This document shows positions 20,296 through 29,288 of a stretch of 64,000 nt of DNA, piece after piece. Position 1 is the first letter of the stretch, and every line of letters starts with the position of its first letter. Both the position numbers and the translations under genes were made by a program. The notes below the pieces were generated by a model. The model worked only from the letters and a program-made list of their open reading frames with translations, searched no databases and was not told the DNA's origin. This DNA comes from an uncultured delta proteobacterium (lineage in GTDB: Bacteria; Desulfobacterota; Desulfobacteria; Desulfobacterales; Desulfosalsimonadaceae): positions 288,001 through 352,000 of the forward strand of contig CAWGYD010000005.1 of assembly GCA_963826785.1 (NCBI GenBank), given 5' to 3'.

Positions 20296-20917
20296 ATGCA
20301 AGAAATTGGAGTGGATCTGCCGGATAGTGTCTGGCTCCAACATTATTTTGCTCATTATGCCAACCCCAAGGCGGTAATTGCGCGTCTTGTGCGCAACGGA
20401 GTGTTATATCGTCTCAAAAGAGGGCTTTATTTCAAGGCGGAAAAAAAAAGCGATCCTTACACCAAGGGAAAGGCTTCGAACCGCCTGTACGGTCCATCTT
20501 ATGTCTCTTTTGTCTATGCGCTCAGGTGGTACGGTCTTATACCGGAACATGTGGCGCACATCACTTCGGCAACAATGGGTAAGGGCAGAAAAAAAAGATA
20601 TGATACACCGTTGGGATCGTTTTTTTATCAGGATATCCCAGCGGATGCCTATCCTCATGGAATAGGCTTTGTCGGTGAGAGATCTGATCGGTTTTTGATG
20701 GCATCTCCGGAAAAAGCCCTTTGCGATGAATTATACCGGGTCTCCGGAATACGTTCCGTAAAGAGATTGAAGCACTCTCCTTTCGGATGATTTGCGGTTG
20801 GATCATGATATGCTGGGCAAGCTGAACCATAAAGAATTGATCTTATTCTCTGCAAAATACCACTCATCAACGTTGGATACGTTTATCAGGTATCTGGAAA
20901 GAGGTCGGGATGCGTGA
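20296..20917 (+). CDS. AbiEi-like type IV antitoxin (frameshift near 20765-20780)
   Basis: RLKRGLY, YGPSYVSF..AL..YGLIPE, ASPEKALCD; C-terminus DDLRLD...ERGRDA in another frame to 20917. Confidence 0.8.
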
Positions 20918-21791
20918 GGCCGCTGTACAATTATTCGAAGAATATCTGCAAAAAAATGACGGGGCCGTGGACAGGGCTTTGGCCGAGGTCATCCAGGTCA
21001 TCGCATTGCTGGGGCTGTCGCGTACGGATTTTTTTTCCCAGGCAGCATTTTACGGTGGCACCGCCCTGAGACTTTTGTATAATCTGGATAGATTTTCCGA
21101 AGATCTGGATTTTTCGCTGATTCAACCGGCAAAGGAGTTCCGGTTGTCAGCCTATCTGGCCGCCTTGCAGGCTGAAATGGAAGCATTCGGATTCATGGTG
21201 GATATTGAAGACCGAAAGAAAAGCACCGACACTTCCATTGAATCCGCTTTTATAAAAGCCAACACAAGAACGCATGTAATTCAGGCGGGAGTGCCGCACG
21301 CCATTGCAAAAAGAATCCACAGAAGCGCAATATGTAAAGTGAAACTTAAAGTCGACGTTGACCCGCCGCCGGGTGCTGAGTTTGATGCAAAGTATGTTGA
21401 TGATCCGGTTCCCTTTTCCATCCGGTCCTACTCCGGGCCGTCTCTACTGGCGGGGAAAATGGACGCGATTCTGTACCGGGGCTGGCAAAACCGTGTAAAA
21501 GGGCGGGACTGGTATGATTTCGCCTTTTTTGTTCGAAAAAAAATTCCGCTTTTACTACCGCACTTTGAAGCACGAATTCGGCAGAGAGGTGTCTACACCC
21601 GGCAAATCCCCTTGAGCCATGAAGAATGTGTGCAAATGATTGCGGATCGTATCAAAACAGTTGATTTTGGAGCGGCAAAAGCCGATGTCATTGCCTTTTT
21701 ACCCCATCCCGGGGATCTGGATGTATGGTCCAGGGATTATTTTGACCATGTGCTACGCAATTTGCGATTTCTTCCCGAATATACAGGCTAA
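20910..21791 (+). CDS. AbiEii/AbiGii nucleotidyltransferase toxin
   Basis: FYGGTALRLLYNLDRFSEDLDFS, KGRDWYD motifs. Confidence 0.92.
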   Translation: MREAAVQLFEEYLQKNDGAVDRALAEVIQVIALLGLSRTDFFSQAAFYGGTALRLLYNLDRFSEDLDFSLIQPAKEFRLSAYLAALQAEMEAFGFMVDIEDRKKSTDTSIESAFIKANTRTHVIQAGVPHAIAKRIHRSAICKVKLKVDVDPPPGAEFDAKYVDDPVPFSIRSYSGPSLLAGKMDAILYRGWQNRVKGRDWYDFAFFVRKKIPLLLPHFEARIRQRGVYTRQIPLSHEECVQMIADRIKTVDFGAAKADVIAFLPHPGDLDVWSRDYFDHVLRNLRFLPEYTG

Positions 21792-21941
21792 AACAATTAG
21801 ATCGAAAATCTTTCTGAACCTCACCGTCATTCCGGAGATTTTTTATCCGGAATCCATCTGTGAGCAGGGCCTTTGACAAATGAGGCAACATTAATTATTA
21901 TGTGGCCACATTGATATCAATTAAACAGGAGAAGAATCGTC

Positions 21942-22211
21942 ATGGAAAGGGTCGGCATAAGAGAATTAAAAGAGAATATGAGCCGCTATATGAGCAAAAT
22001 CAGAACGGGGGAAAAAATTATTTTGACGGATCGAAAAAAGGAAATCGCCATCATAATGCCTCTTGGGAAAAAGCCCGGGGAAGAAAAACTCTATCAGCTG
22101 ATTCAGCAGGGATTGGCTTCCTGGGACGGCGGCATGCCGGAGGGCGTACCGGGAAGGATCGCCTCAAAGGGAAAGAGCGTATCTTCGGCAGTTATTGAAG
22201 ACCGGCGGTAA
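21942..22211 (+). CDS. Phd/YefM-family antitoxin
   Basis: VGIRELKENMSRYM...GEKIILTDRKKEIA. Confidence 0.88.
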   Translation: MERVGIRELKENMSRYMSKIRTGEKIILTDRKKEIAIIMPLGKKPGEEKLYQLIQQGLASWDGGMPEGVPGRIASKGKSVSSAVIEDRR

Positions 22212-22213
22212 CC

Positions 22214-22957
22214 ATGATTCTGTATCTGGATACCAGCAGTCTGGTCAAATTATATGTGGAAGAAGCAGAATCAGCAGAGATTGAGAGCATTGTCAAATCA
22301 TCTGAAGCTGCCGCAACTTCGATCGTCGCTTATGCGGAGGCAAGAGCGGCTTTTGCCCGGCGATTCAGGGAAGGCGCCTTCACCCATGATGATTATAATC
22401 GCCTGAAACAGTACTTTGACAAGGATTGGCGCAATTACTTTGTTTTGAATGTCACAGAAGAAGTGATCGGCCTGGCGGGTAATCTTTCAGAAGAGCATGC
22501 ATTAAGGGGTTTTGATTCCATCCATTTGGCTTCGGCAGTCATATTGCACCGGAAGACATCCTCGCCCGTTGTATTCTCATGCTTTGATGAACAGCTCATG
22601 AAAGCAGCCACTCAGAAAGGACTTAACAAAAAATCGGAAACCTCCCGGGAGAAGACGGCTGTGAATCATGTACATTTTCAGTTGCTTCAAAAAATGGCAA
22701 AAAAATATGTCTGGTGGGAAATGCCCGATGCCGCCATGATCAGGCCTGAGCGCATTATCAAGCAGGTGATGAATATCGGTGATTTTGATGATGTCCTTCT
22801 GCTGGTTGAATCCCTGGGAGAGCCGTATTTACGGAAGATTTTGAAGAATGCCGAGGCCGGCGATTTTAATTCCCGATCCTGGACTTACTGGCATTACCGG
22901 CTGGGACTTGCCGAACCCGGCCATGTCCCCGCCCCGCCAAAGCGGAAAATTCAATGA
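22214..22957 (+). CDS. VapC PIN toxin read-through fused to a DUF6922-like antitoxin domain
   Basis: YLDTSSLVKLYVEE...LRGFDSIHLASA...FDEQL, then MAKKYVWWE...RIIKQVMNIGDFDD...SWTYWHYRLG. Confidence 0.75.
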   Translation: MILYLDTSSLVKLYVEEAESAEIESIVKSSEAAATSIVAYAEARAAFARRFREGAFTHDDYNRLKQYFDKDWRNYFVLNVTEEVIGLAGNLSEEHALRGFDSIHLASAVILHRKTSSPVVFSCFDEQLMKAATQKGLNKKSETSREKTAVNHVHFQLLQKMAKKYVWWEMPDAAMIRPERIIKQVMNIGDFDDVLLLVESLGEPYLRKILKNAEAGDFNSRSWTYWHYRLGLAEPGHVPAPPKRKIQ

Positions 22958-23288
22958 TCCGAACCTTTAAACCCCGCATGGATGTTCTGCCTCCTGCCCA
23001 GAAACGGTTATGGGGGAACTCCGCAACACCCAGTTCGAAGCAAAAGATTACCGGGATATTGCCGTCATGATCGCGGCCGGTATCAGCCTCTCCAAAGGGC
23101 TTGCCGGCGCGCGCGGAATGTATGGGCTGCAATTTCAGCCGATTGAAAGCCTGAAAGCGATGGTCTATTTTGAGGGTGGAGATCTGCATACGCTGAAACC
23201 CGAAGAAAAGGAAATCCTGATCCGCGCCGCCGGAAAGGTGCGTGACCTGCCGGTGGTTGAGATTGTCTCTCGCCATTTGGCGCTATGA
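22954..23288 (+). pseudogene. Internally deleted AbiEii-like nucleotidyltransferase
   Basis: N-terminus MIRTFKPRMDVLPPAQKRLW joined almost directly to the C-terminal EAKDYRDI...LKAMVYFEGGDL; GGTA/DxD core absent. Confidence 0.7.
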
Positions 23289-23363
23289 ACCAAAAGAGGT
23301 TATCGGCAGCGGTTCATGCGCTGCGCAATTTGCGATTTCTTCCCGAATATAAAAGGAGCTTTC

Positions 23364-23759
23364 ATGCTGAAGCCCGATGATATGCACAAAGTACAACAAT
23401 TTTGTTCAACATACTCCGAAATAGCGGCAGCCTATCTCTTCGGGTCTTCGGCAACCGGCAAGGACCGTAAAAAAAGCGACATTGATATCGCCATTATGGT
23501 AAAATCTAAAATCGAGGCTATGGTGCGGGTCGAAATGGAAACGGCCCTTTCCACCCGACTGCATCGGGATGTCGATCTCGTGATTTTCGATCAGGGCTCT
23601 CCTCTTCTTCAGCATCAGATTCTGAAATACGGCCGCCTGGTCTATGAGGCGGATCCAAAAGAGCGTGTTCGGCAGGAAGTTTTTGCCCGAAATGCATATT
23701 TGGACAGCGCCTATTTGTACCGCAAGATCAAACCGGAGACCGCGCATGGTGGACATTGA
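23364..23759 (+). CDS. MNT (MntA-like) nucleotidyltransferase antitoxin
   Basis: AAYLFGSSATGKDRKKSDIDIAI, DVDLV. Confidence 0.88.
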   Translation: MLKPDDMHKVQQFCSTYSEIAAAYLFGSSATGKDRKKSDIDIAIMVKSKIEAMVRVEMETALSTRLHRDVDLVIFDQGSPLLQHQILKYGRLVYEADPKERVRQEVFARNAYLDSAYLYRKIKPETAHGGH

Positions 23760-24172
23760 GCTTCTTTCCAGAAAACTCTCACGCCTTCAGTGCTATGTGG
23801 ATGAGTTAAAGGCAGCCACGGATATTACCTGGGAAAAGTACCGATCCGATCTTCGGACCAAGAGCCTTTGTGGAGCGTTTTCTGCATCTTGCCATAGAAG
23901 AGGTGATCGACATCGCCAACCACATTGTCTCGTTTGAACAATGGCGGGAGCCTTCCGGATATCGGGATCTGTTGCAGATTCTTTCAGAAAAAGGAATTAT
24001 CCCGGAAAAACAGCTTCCCCGGTTTCAGAATATGGCTTCGTTCCGTAACATGCTGGTCCATCGCTACGAAAATATCGATGAAGAACTGGTTTACGGCATC
24101 TTCAGCAAACACTTGGCAGATTTTGAACTTTTTGCAGCCTTAATCATGCAATGGGTTAAAATATCCCACTAA
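23746..24172 (+). CDS. HEPN/DUF86 (HepT-like) RNase toxin, frameshift near 23862
   Basis: MVDIELLSRKL... then VERFLHLAIEEVIDIANH...FRNMLVHRY (R-X4-H). Confidence 0.85.
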
Positions 24173-24268
24173 CCCATCACCATCACACCCATAACCCCTA
24201 ACCCCTAACCACCCATAACCCATAACCCATAACTACCCATCCTACCCATCACCCATAACCCATCACCT
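24166..24268 (+). repeat. C-rich heptamer tandem array (TAACCCA/TAACCCC/TCACCCA)
   Basis: ~14 imperfect units starting at the HEPN stop codon. Confidence 0.9.
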
Positions 24269-24482
24269 ATCGTTCCCTGGATTCTCTGACTGCCGTGATA
24301 ATATCTTTTGTAGTTGCCTTGGTTTGGATTCCAGGAACATCAAATGGAGATTTTTTGCTTTTTGTAAAAATTATTGAAAATGTTTCACCACCCCTTCTTT
24401 TGATAATAACTTCTTCATTTCTTGCGGTATTAAGAACATCAGCGAGACGCTGTCTTGCTTCAGAATATGTATATACTTTCAT
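24267..24482 (-). CDS. Phd-like antitoxin
   Basis: MKVYTYSEARQRLADVLNTARNEEVIIKRRGG. Confidence 0.85.
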   Translation of the reverse strand: MKVYTYSEARQRLADVLNTARNEEVIIKRRGGETFSIIFTKSKKSPFDVPGIQTKATTKDIITAVRESRER

Positions 24483-24489
24483 GATTGCT

Positions 24490-24879
24490 TTACTCCAAAA
24501 TTGTGATCCCCATCTCCCGCGCTACCCTTTGCATTCCAACGTCAAGCGTGAGTAACGGACTGCGAAGGTTTTCAGCGCATTTCAAAAAGTATGCATCATA
24601 TGCATATAGGTTAAATTTAATTGCGATGCTTAATGCTGATTTTATATCCGTTTTTCTTAAATCAACGGGTATCTGTTGAACAATCTCCCAAGCTGATTCG
24701 ACTTCTTCCTTTATTAAAACGTGTTTTTTCATCATTGCCGTCAATGCATTTCCAATTTCAAAAGGCAAAACATCAGGTGCAATTAATTCATGGCCTTCGG
24801 TAAATTGGATGATTTTTTCTTTTTCCGGCTCGTTCAAAGCAACTGCTATAAATGTATTTGTGTCAGCGACTATTTTCAT
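24490..24879 (-). CDS. vapC: VapC/PIN toxin (upstream of its antitoxin)
   Basis: MKIVADTNTFIAV...FEIGNAL...YAYDAYFL...LLTLD. Confidence 0.9.
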   Translation of the reverse strand: MKIVADTNTFIAVALNEPEKEKIIQFTEGHELIAPDVLPFEIGNALTAMMKKHVLIKEEVESAWEIVQQIPVDLRKTDIKSALSIAIKFNLYAYDAYFLKCAENLRSPLLTLDVGMQRVAREMGITILE

Positions 24880-24915
24880 AGGTACAATTGTACGCATTTC
24901 GCCCCCGGTTGTCAA
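24880..24915 (-). promoter_or_regulatory. Sigma70 promoter giving a probably leaderless vapC mRNA, with palindromic operator
   Basis: Minus strand TTGACA-N17-TACAAT-N7-ATG; GTACAATTGTAC palindrome over the -10. Confidence 0.65.
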
Positions 24916-25072
24916 ACCAAATTTCAGCGCGGCCCGAATGCCCCGCATAACCAGATGGCACCCCTAATAATCTAATAATCCAAAATCCACTTGATCCAGT
25001 TTGGTTTTATTTGGTATGGTTGGTTTAAAAAGACCTGCCAGGTCTTTTTAAACCAAAAGGAGTTGAATTATT

Positions 25073-25309
25073 ATGAAGATAGTCAATATTTCTGAGGCAA
25101 AAACCAATCTTTCCAAGCTGGTGGCGCTTGTTTACCGTGGAGAGAAGGTTGTTATTGCAAAAAACAACCTGCCGCTTGTGGATCTGGTTATTCATAAACC
25201 GGAAGGAAAAAGAAAACTCGGATTGCTGGCAGGCAAATTCACTGTTCCGGACAATATAATGGATGAGGATGCTGAAATAAACTCAATGTTCTATGGCAGT
25301 GATTCATGA
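25073..25309 (+). CDS. Phd/YefM-family antitoxin
   Basis: VNISEAKTNLSKLV...GEKVVIAKNNLP...RKLGLLAG. Confidence 0.9.
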   Translation: MKIVNISEAKTNLSKLVALVYRGEKVVIAKNNLPLVDLVIHKPEGKRKLGLLAGKFTVPDNIMDEDAEINSMFYGSDS

Positions 25310-25677
25310 ATATCATCATTGATACCCATATTTTTCTCTGGGCATTGTCTGATCCGGAGAGGATAAGTGCTTCGAAACGTACGGCATTGGAAGATTTGTC
25401 CAATACGATCTATGTCAGTGCTGTCAGTATCGCTGAAATTATGATTAAGGCATCTGTCGGGAAGCTTGCGATAGACTTTAATCCGGCAGATATGGCTACC
25501 GAAAGCGGCTTCGCGCTTCTTGATTTCAGCGCGGAAGCAGCGTTGTTGCTCAAGGATATGCCATTTCACCATAAAGATCTTTTCGATCGCATGCTGATAG
25601 CGCAAAGCATTACAGACAACTTTCCGATAATGACGGAAAATCCGAAAATAGCGCTGTATGATTGCCGGGTAATGTGA
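25306..25677 (+). CDS. vapC: VapC/PIN toxin
   Basis: IIDTHIFLW...VSAVSIAEIMIK...HKDLFDRMLIAQS. Confidence 0.9.
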   Translation: MNIIIDTHIFLWALSDPERISASKRTALEDLSNTIYVSAVSIAEIMIKASVGKLAIDFNPADMATESGFALLDFSAEAALLLKDMPFHHKDLFDRMLIAQSITDNFPIMTENPKIALYDCRVM

Positions 25678-25964
25678 TTATGTAATGGCATATCAGATAA
25701 CGCATTGCCACCTCCGCCCCATGTCGCGTCGTTTTCTTCTTCATGAAAAGGTGATTCAGCGGGTTTTCCCCAAAGATTTACAGAGAAAATACCAGTATGT
25801 CAGATCCATTTTATGTAAATAGACTGTATCCTTTTACATGCTCTAATTCGCATTAATGTTCACAATCGTTACAGTTCATCTTGTCATCTTGACATTTTGT
25901 CATTTATTACATATCTTAGTCTGTAAGCAATCAGCGTTTCAAACGATATCCAAAAGAGGACATT

Positions 25965-26228
25965 ATGCTTGTAACCATCGATAAAAGAGGCAGTATCAAT
26001 TTGCCAGCTTCCGTTCGGAAGGATTTAGGTATTCGGTCAGGAACCCACCTGGAGCTGACCGTGGCACCCGGCGGGGCCATCACACTTTTTCCGGTTGAAA
26101 TATATCGCAGCATCAAACTCAGCGATGCCGGTTTATTAAAAATTAAAGAGGCCAGAGCATCAGAACCGGCCACATTCCCGGAATGGTTTGACAAGGAACT
26201 TGCCGATGCCGGAACTGATCCCGAATAA
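25965..26228 (+). CDS. AbrB/MazE-family antitoxin
   Basis: VTIDKRGSINLPASVRKDLGIRSG. Confidence 0.85.
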   Translation: MLVTIDKRGSINLPASVRKDLGIRSGTHLELTVAPGGAITLFPVEIYRSIKLSDAGLLKIKEARASEPATFPEWFDKELADAGTDPE

Positions 26229-26508
26229 AAAATTCATCGCTGATCTTGTAAATTTCAAAAAGAATCCGGCATTAATCAAAAAAATTGCCAAATGCTTGAA
26301 GTTTCTGGAAACCAATCCCCTTCATCCGGGGCTGAAAATTGAGCGGATCGCCAATGACCCGAGTGCTTGGTCCGCTCGTGTGGACTTAAAATACCGAATA
26401 TCCTTTGAACCTTCTGCCTTTCGTGAGAATGGTGCGCCGGACTGGACTTTCCCTATAAATCTTTTGCGCATCCTGGAGCATGACGATCTTTACAAAACTC
26501 CTCATTAA
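26206..26508 (+). CDS. RelE-like toxin
   Basis: KCLKFLETNPLHPGLKIERI...WSARVDLKYRISF...HDDLY; overlaps the AbrB gene. Confidence 0.75.
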   Translation: MPELIPNKKFIADLVNFKKNPALIKKIAKCLKFLETNPLHPGLKIERIANDPSAWSARVDLKYRISFEPSAFRENGAPDWTFPINLLRILEHDDLYKTPH

Positions 26509-26835
26509 ATTCTTTTTTTCAGTCTGATGTCAGAACGCAGCATAATTCGACTTAACCCATCGCATCACCCCAGGTAGCATCCCCCCAACGTCATTCCGGA
26601 GATCTTTTATCCGGAATCCATCTCCTTCATCCGGCATTCCGGCCCGATCCCACAAACATCATGACAACACTGGTACTGGTCACCCAACAGCATTGCCCGG
26701 CTCCGTTTCACCGGAAGCTCAAAATTTATCTTCCGTTTCTTCTTCCATAGCATTCCATTCCCCCCTCGAGGGAGGCGCCCACATTCCATTCCCCCCTCGA
26801 GGGAGGCGCCCACATTCCATTCCCCCCTCGAGGGG

Positions 26836-27308
26836 CATAGGCGCTAACTTAATGACCGATGCAATATCTTCTAATTTGTCGTTCCTCTTAAGAGCGTCAT
26901 TCCGGCAGTCTTTAAGCCGGAATCCAGGAAGACGAAATGAACAGGCAACCAGCGGTATACATTCTTGCAAATAAAAGAAACGGCACCCTTTATATCGGTG
27001 TGACCTCCGACCTCATCAAGCGAGTTTGGGAACATAGAAACAATTTCGTGGAAGGGTTCACCAAAAAGTATGGAGTCCATTTTTTGGTTTGGTATGAGCT
27101 TCATGGAAGTATGGAATCTGCTATCCAGCCAGAGAAACGATTGAAAGACTGGAAACGAAAGTGGAAAATGCATTTGATTGAGAGAACGAATCCCGATTGG
27201 GAGGATTTGTATCCCGCAATCATTTAAATGGATTCCGGCTAAAAGCCTGCCGGAATGACATAAAGGATGATTACGGGGGGGATATTATGCGTTAAGTTAG
27301 CGCTTATG
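26836..27308 (+). mobile_element. Element B copy 2 (473 bp, inverted relative to copy 1)
   Basis: TIRs CATAGGCGCTAACTTAA / TTAAGTTAGCGCTTATG; imperfect flanking repeat CCCCTCGAGGGG / CCCCTTGAGGGA. Confidence 0.9.
26937..27227 (+). CDS. GIY-YIG nuclease, near-identical to 6186-6476 (REK changed to PEK)
   Basis: Same translation except R>P; REP hairpins at 26895-26926 and 27229-27259. Confidence 0.9.
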   Translation: MNRQPAVYILANKRNGTLYIGVTSDLIKRVWEHRNNFVEGFTKKYGVHFLVWYELHGSMESAIQPEKRLKDWKRKWKMHLIERTNPDWEDLYPAII

Positions 27309-27514
27309 CCCCTTGAGGGAGGCGCCCACATTCCATTCCCCCCTCGAGGGAGGCGCCCACATTCCATTCCCCCCTCGAGGGGGGCGCCCCACACTCCATT
27401 CCCCCCTAGAGGGAGGCGCCCACAAATCTCCATTCCCCCCTTGAGGGGGGCGCAGGGGGGGTGTCCCCACGCTGGCAATGAACTCCACAACCCATGGGTC
27501 ACGTCCGCAGTCAT

Positions 27515-27920
27515 CGTTTAGCCAGCTTTTATCTGAAGAGAGAATGAAAATCTCATTTTTTATTGATTAAACCCCGAACAGGCGTTTTGAAAACCATACA
27601 ATGCATGCGGAAACTAAAAGAATCAAGGCCTTTGAAAAATGAGGCAACGTTAATTATTATGTGGGCACATTGGTATCAATCAAAGAGGAGAAGAATCGTT
27701 ATGGAAAGGGTCGGCATAAGAGAATTAAAAAGAGTAATATGAGCCGCTATATGAGCAAAATCAGAACGGGGAAAAAAATTATTTTGACGGATCGAAAAAA
27801 GGAAATCGCCATCATAATGCCTCTTTGGGAAAAAGATATAGCTTAAGGCTTCGTTAGGCATATACTAGAATCATAACAAAAAATCGGAAACCTCCCAGGA
27901 GATGCCGGCTGTGAATTATC
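27515..27920 (+). pseudogene. Mosaic of degenerate fragments of hicA, phd promoter/5' end and the vapC junction
   Basis: 27515-27622 matches 19761-19870; 27627-27836 matches 21868-22072; 27874-27920 matches 22624-22670. Confidence 0.85.
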
Positions 27921-28130
27921 CGTTTGAATGGGAACAGATTATCATCGAGGCGAGAGAGAAGGATTTGTGGGTGGAGCCGATCACTGTTTCTCGTTTGATC
28001 CGGGAATTTCCAGCAAAGAACATGCAGGCAATCAAGTGGATTAAACCCGTGAACGAAACAAAATTACTGAAACTCCTTGAGACCGTCAGTGATGATATCG
28101 GGATTATCAACCAGTATGGTGAATTTCGCT

Positions 28131-28324
28131 TCAATGATCAGAAAGAAGGACTTTTATCTTGTCTTCCGATATCCAGAGGGTAATGTCGATATCCAGGGTG
28201 GCCTTGGGGTTTCCCCATTTCGCATTGGCCAAGCCGCCAATGACCATGTAATAGACACTGTGATTGTCCAAGACGGCGGTAATATCGCGAAGCGATTTTT
28301 CAAAAACATTTTTATTTCGGGCAT
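28131..28324 (-). pseudogene. N-terminal fragment of a nucleotidyltransferase (DUF6036-like)
   Basis: YMVIGGLANAKWGNPKATLDIDI motif, then truncation. Confidence 0.7.
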
Positions 28325-28533
28325 GCCAGCGCCTTGTGCATTTTAATAATGCCTTCGACATTGATTTCTCTTTGCCTGGCATCCTCCAGAATCAATTCAT
28401 ACAACTCGAAAACTGCGGCAAGGCTCTGATCGTCATCCATCTTGTCCCGGCGGTTTTTCTCCCATTCGTTAAATCGATGGAGCGATTCAAGATATTGTTT
28501 GTATGGGTTTTTGGTGGGGGATTGGTTTTTCAT
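28312..28533 (-). CDS. Small hypothetical protein, probable partner of the NTase
   Basis: 73-aa charged helical ORF overlapping the NTase start. Confidence 0.5.
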   Translation of the reverse strand: MKNQSPTKNPYKQYLESLHRFNEWEKNRRDKMDDDQSLAAVFELYELILEDARQREINVEGIIKMHKALACPK

Positions 28534-28835
28534 GGGGATAGGATATTATACTGATCCCTGGCTCCTTGCAGAATCTCATCACGGAAATAGCGGCTGAGGC
28601 TGTTTGGGGTATTTATGTCTACTCTGCGACCTCCAAAAAGCCTTGAAAGTTCCTGTTCCATATCGAATAGCTCGAAAAAACCAACTCGTGCGCCGGGTTT
28701 AAACTCTACCAATACATCAACGTCGCTGTTTGGCCCAAAGTCTTCTCGTAAAACAGACCCAAAGAATGCGAATCGCCGGATTTTATTCCGTTGGCAAAAA
28801 TCAGCAATTTCCTTTTCCGGTATTTTTATTTGCAT
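28530..28835 (-). CDS. Minimal nucleotidyltransferase (MNT); no adjacent HEPN partner
   Basis: IADFCQRNKIRRFAFFGSVLREDFGPNSDVDVLVEF...GRRVDI. Confidence 0.9.
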   Translation of the reverse strand: MQIKIPEKEIADFCQRNKIRRFAFFGSVLREDFGPNSDVDVLVEFKPGARVGFFELFDMEQELSRLFGGRRVDINTPNSLSRYFRDEILQGARDQYNILSP

Positions 28836-28873
28836 ACAAATATCTTCTTTTTATGAGGCAATGGGTTAGGGGA

Positions 28874-29287
28874 TTAAGGGGTGCTGGGTGGTTCGAGTCG
28901 TTTCATCCAGTTCAGGCGATCATAGTGTTTATCATAGGAATATAATTCGTATATTTCCTTTATCCTCATGCTGCAGGCATTATATGCATCGATATAGTCG
29001 ATACGTTTTTCCTCGTAAACGGCAAGCGCATGAAGAATGACTTCTTTATTTTCGCACTCCAGGTTTTCTGTGTTGAGAATCTTTTCGACCTTTTCGCGAA
29101 TGTCTGTTCTTGACAGCTCGTAATAAGATTCAAGAACCCATATAATTTCGGCTATGACCATGTCATTGGTACACAATATTTCTTCTCCGGCAACAGCTTT
29201 CCGGAAAAGCGCTTCGCAGGCATTTGCCTGGTGAGCAACATCGTTAATGAGGAAGCGAAGAAATATGTTGGTGTCAACAAAGCGCAT
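28874..29287 (-). CDS. vapC: VapC/PIN toxin
   Basis: MRFVDTNIFLRFL...IAEIIWVLESYY...DYIDAY...YSYDKHYD. Confidence 0.9.
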   Translation of the reverse strand: MRFVDTNIFLRFLINDVAHQANACEALFRKAVAGEEILCTNDMVIAEIIWVLESYYELSRTDIREKVEKILNTENLECENKEVILHALAVYEEKRIDYIDAYNACSMRIKEIYELYSYDKHYDRLNWMKRLEPPSTP

Positions 29288-29288
29288 T

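Larger units (their letters stand above)
26750..27470. repeat. ~31-bp tandem array (CATTCCATTCCCCCCTCGAGGGAGGCGCCCA) ending in a family-C REP, split by element B
   Basis: About three units left of 26836 and four right of 27308. Confidence 0.85.

Noticed and set aside
26750..27470. 31-41-bp periodic palindromic arrays (also 31911-32158, 1892-2106) as CRISPR
   Set aside because: Intervening sequences are near-identical rather than unique spacers, units are degenerate, and no cas genes are present.
27902..28183. 93-aa ORF as an intact gene
   Set aside because: It starts within a duplicated junction fragment and ends overlapping a convergent NTase remnant; probably a C-terminal gene fragment that I cannot assign confidently.
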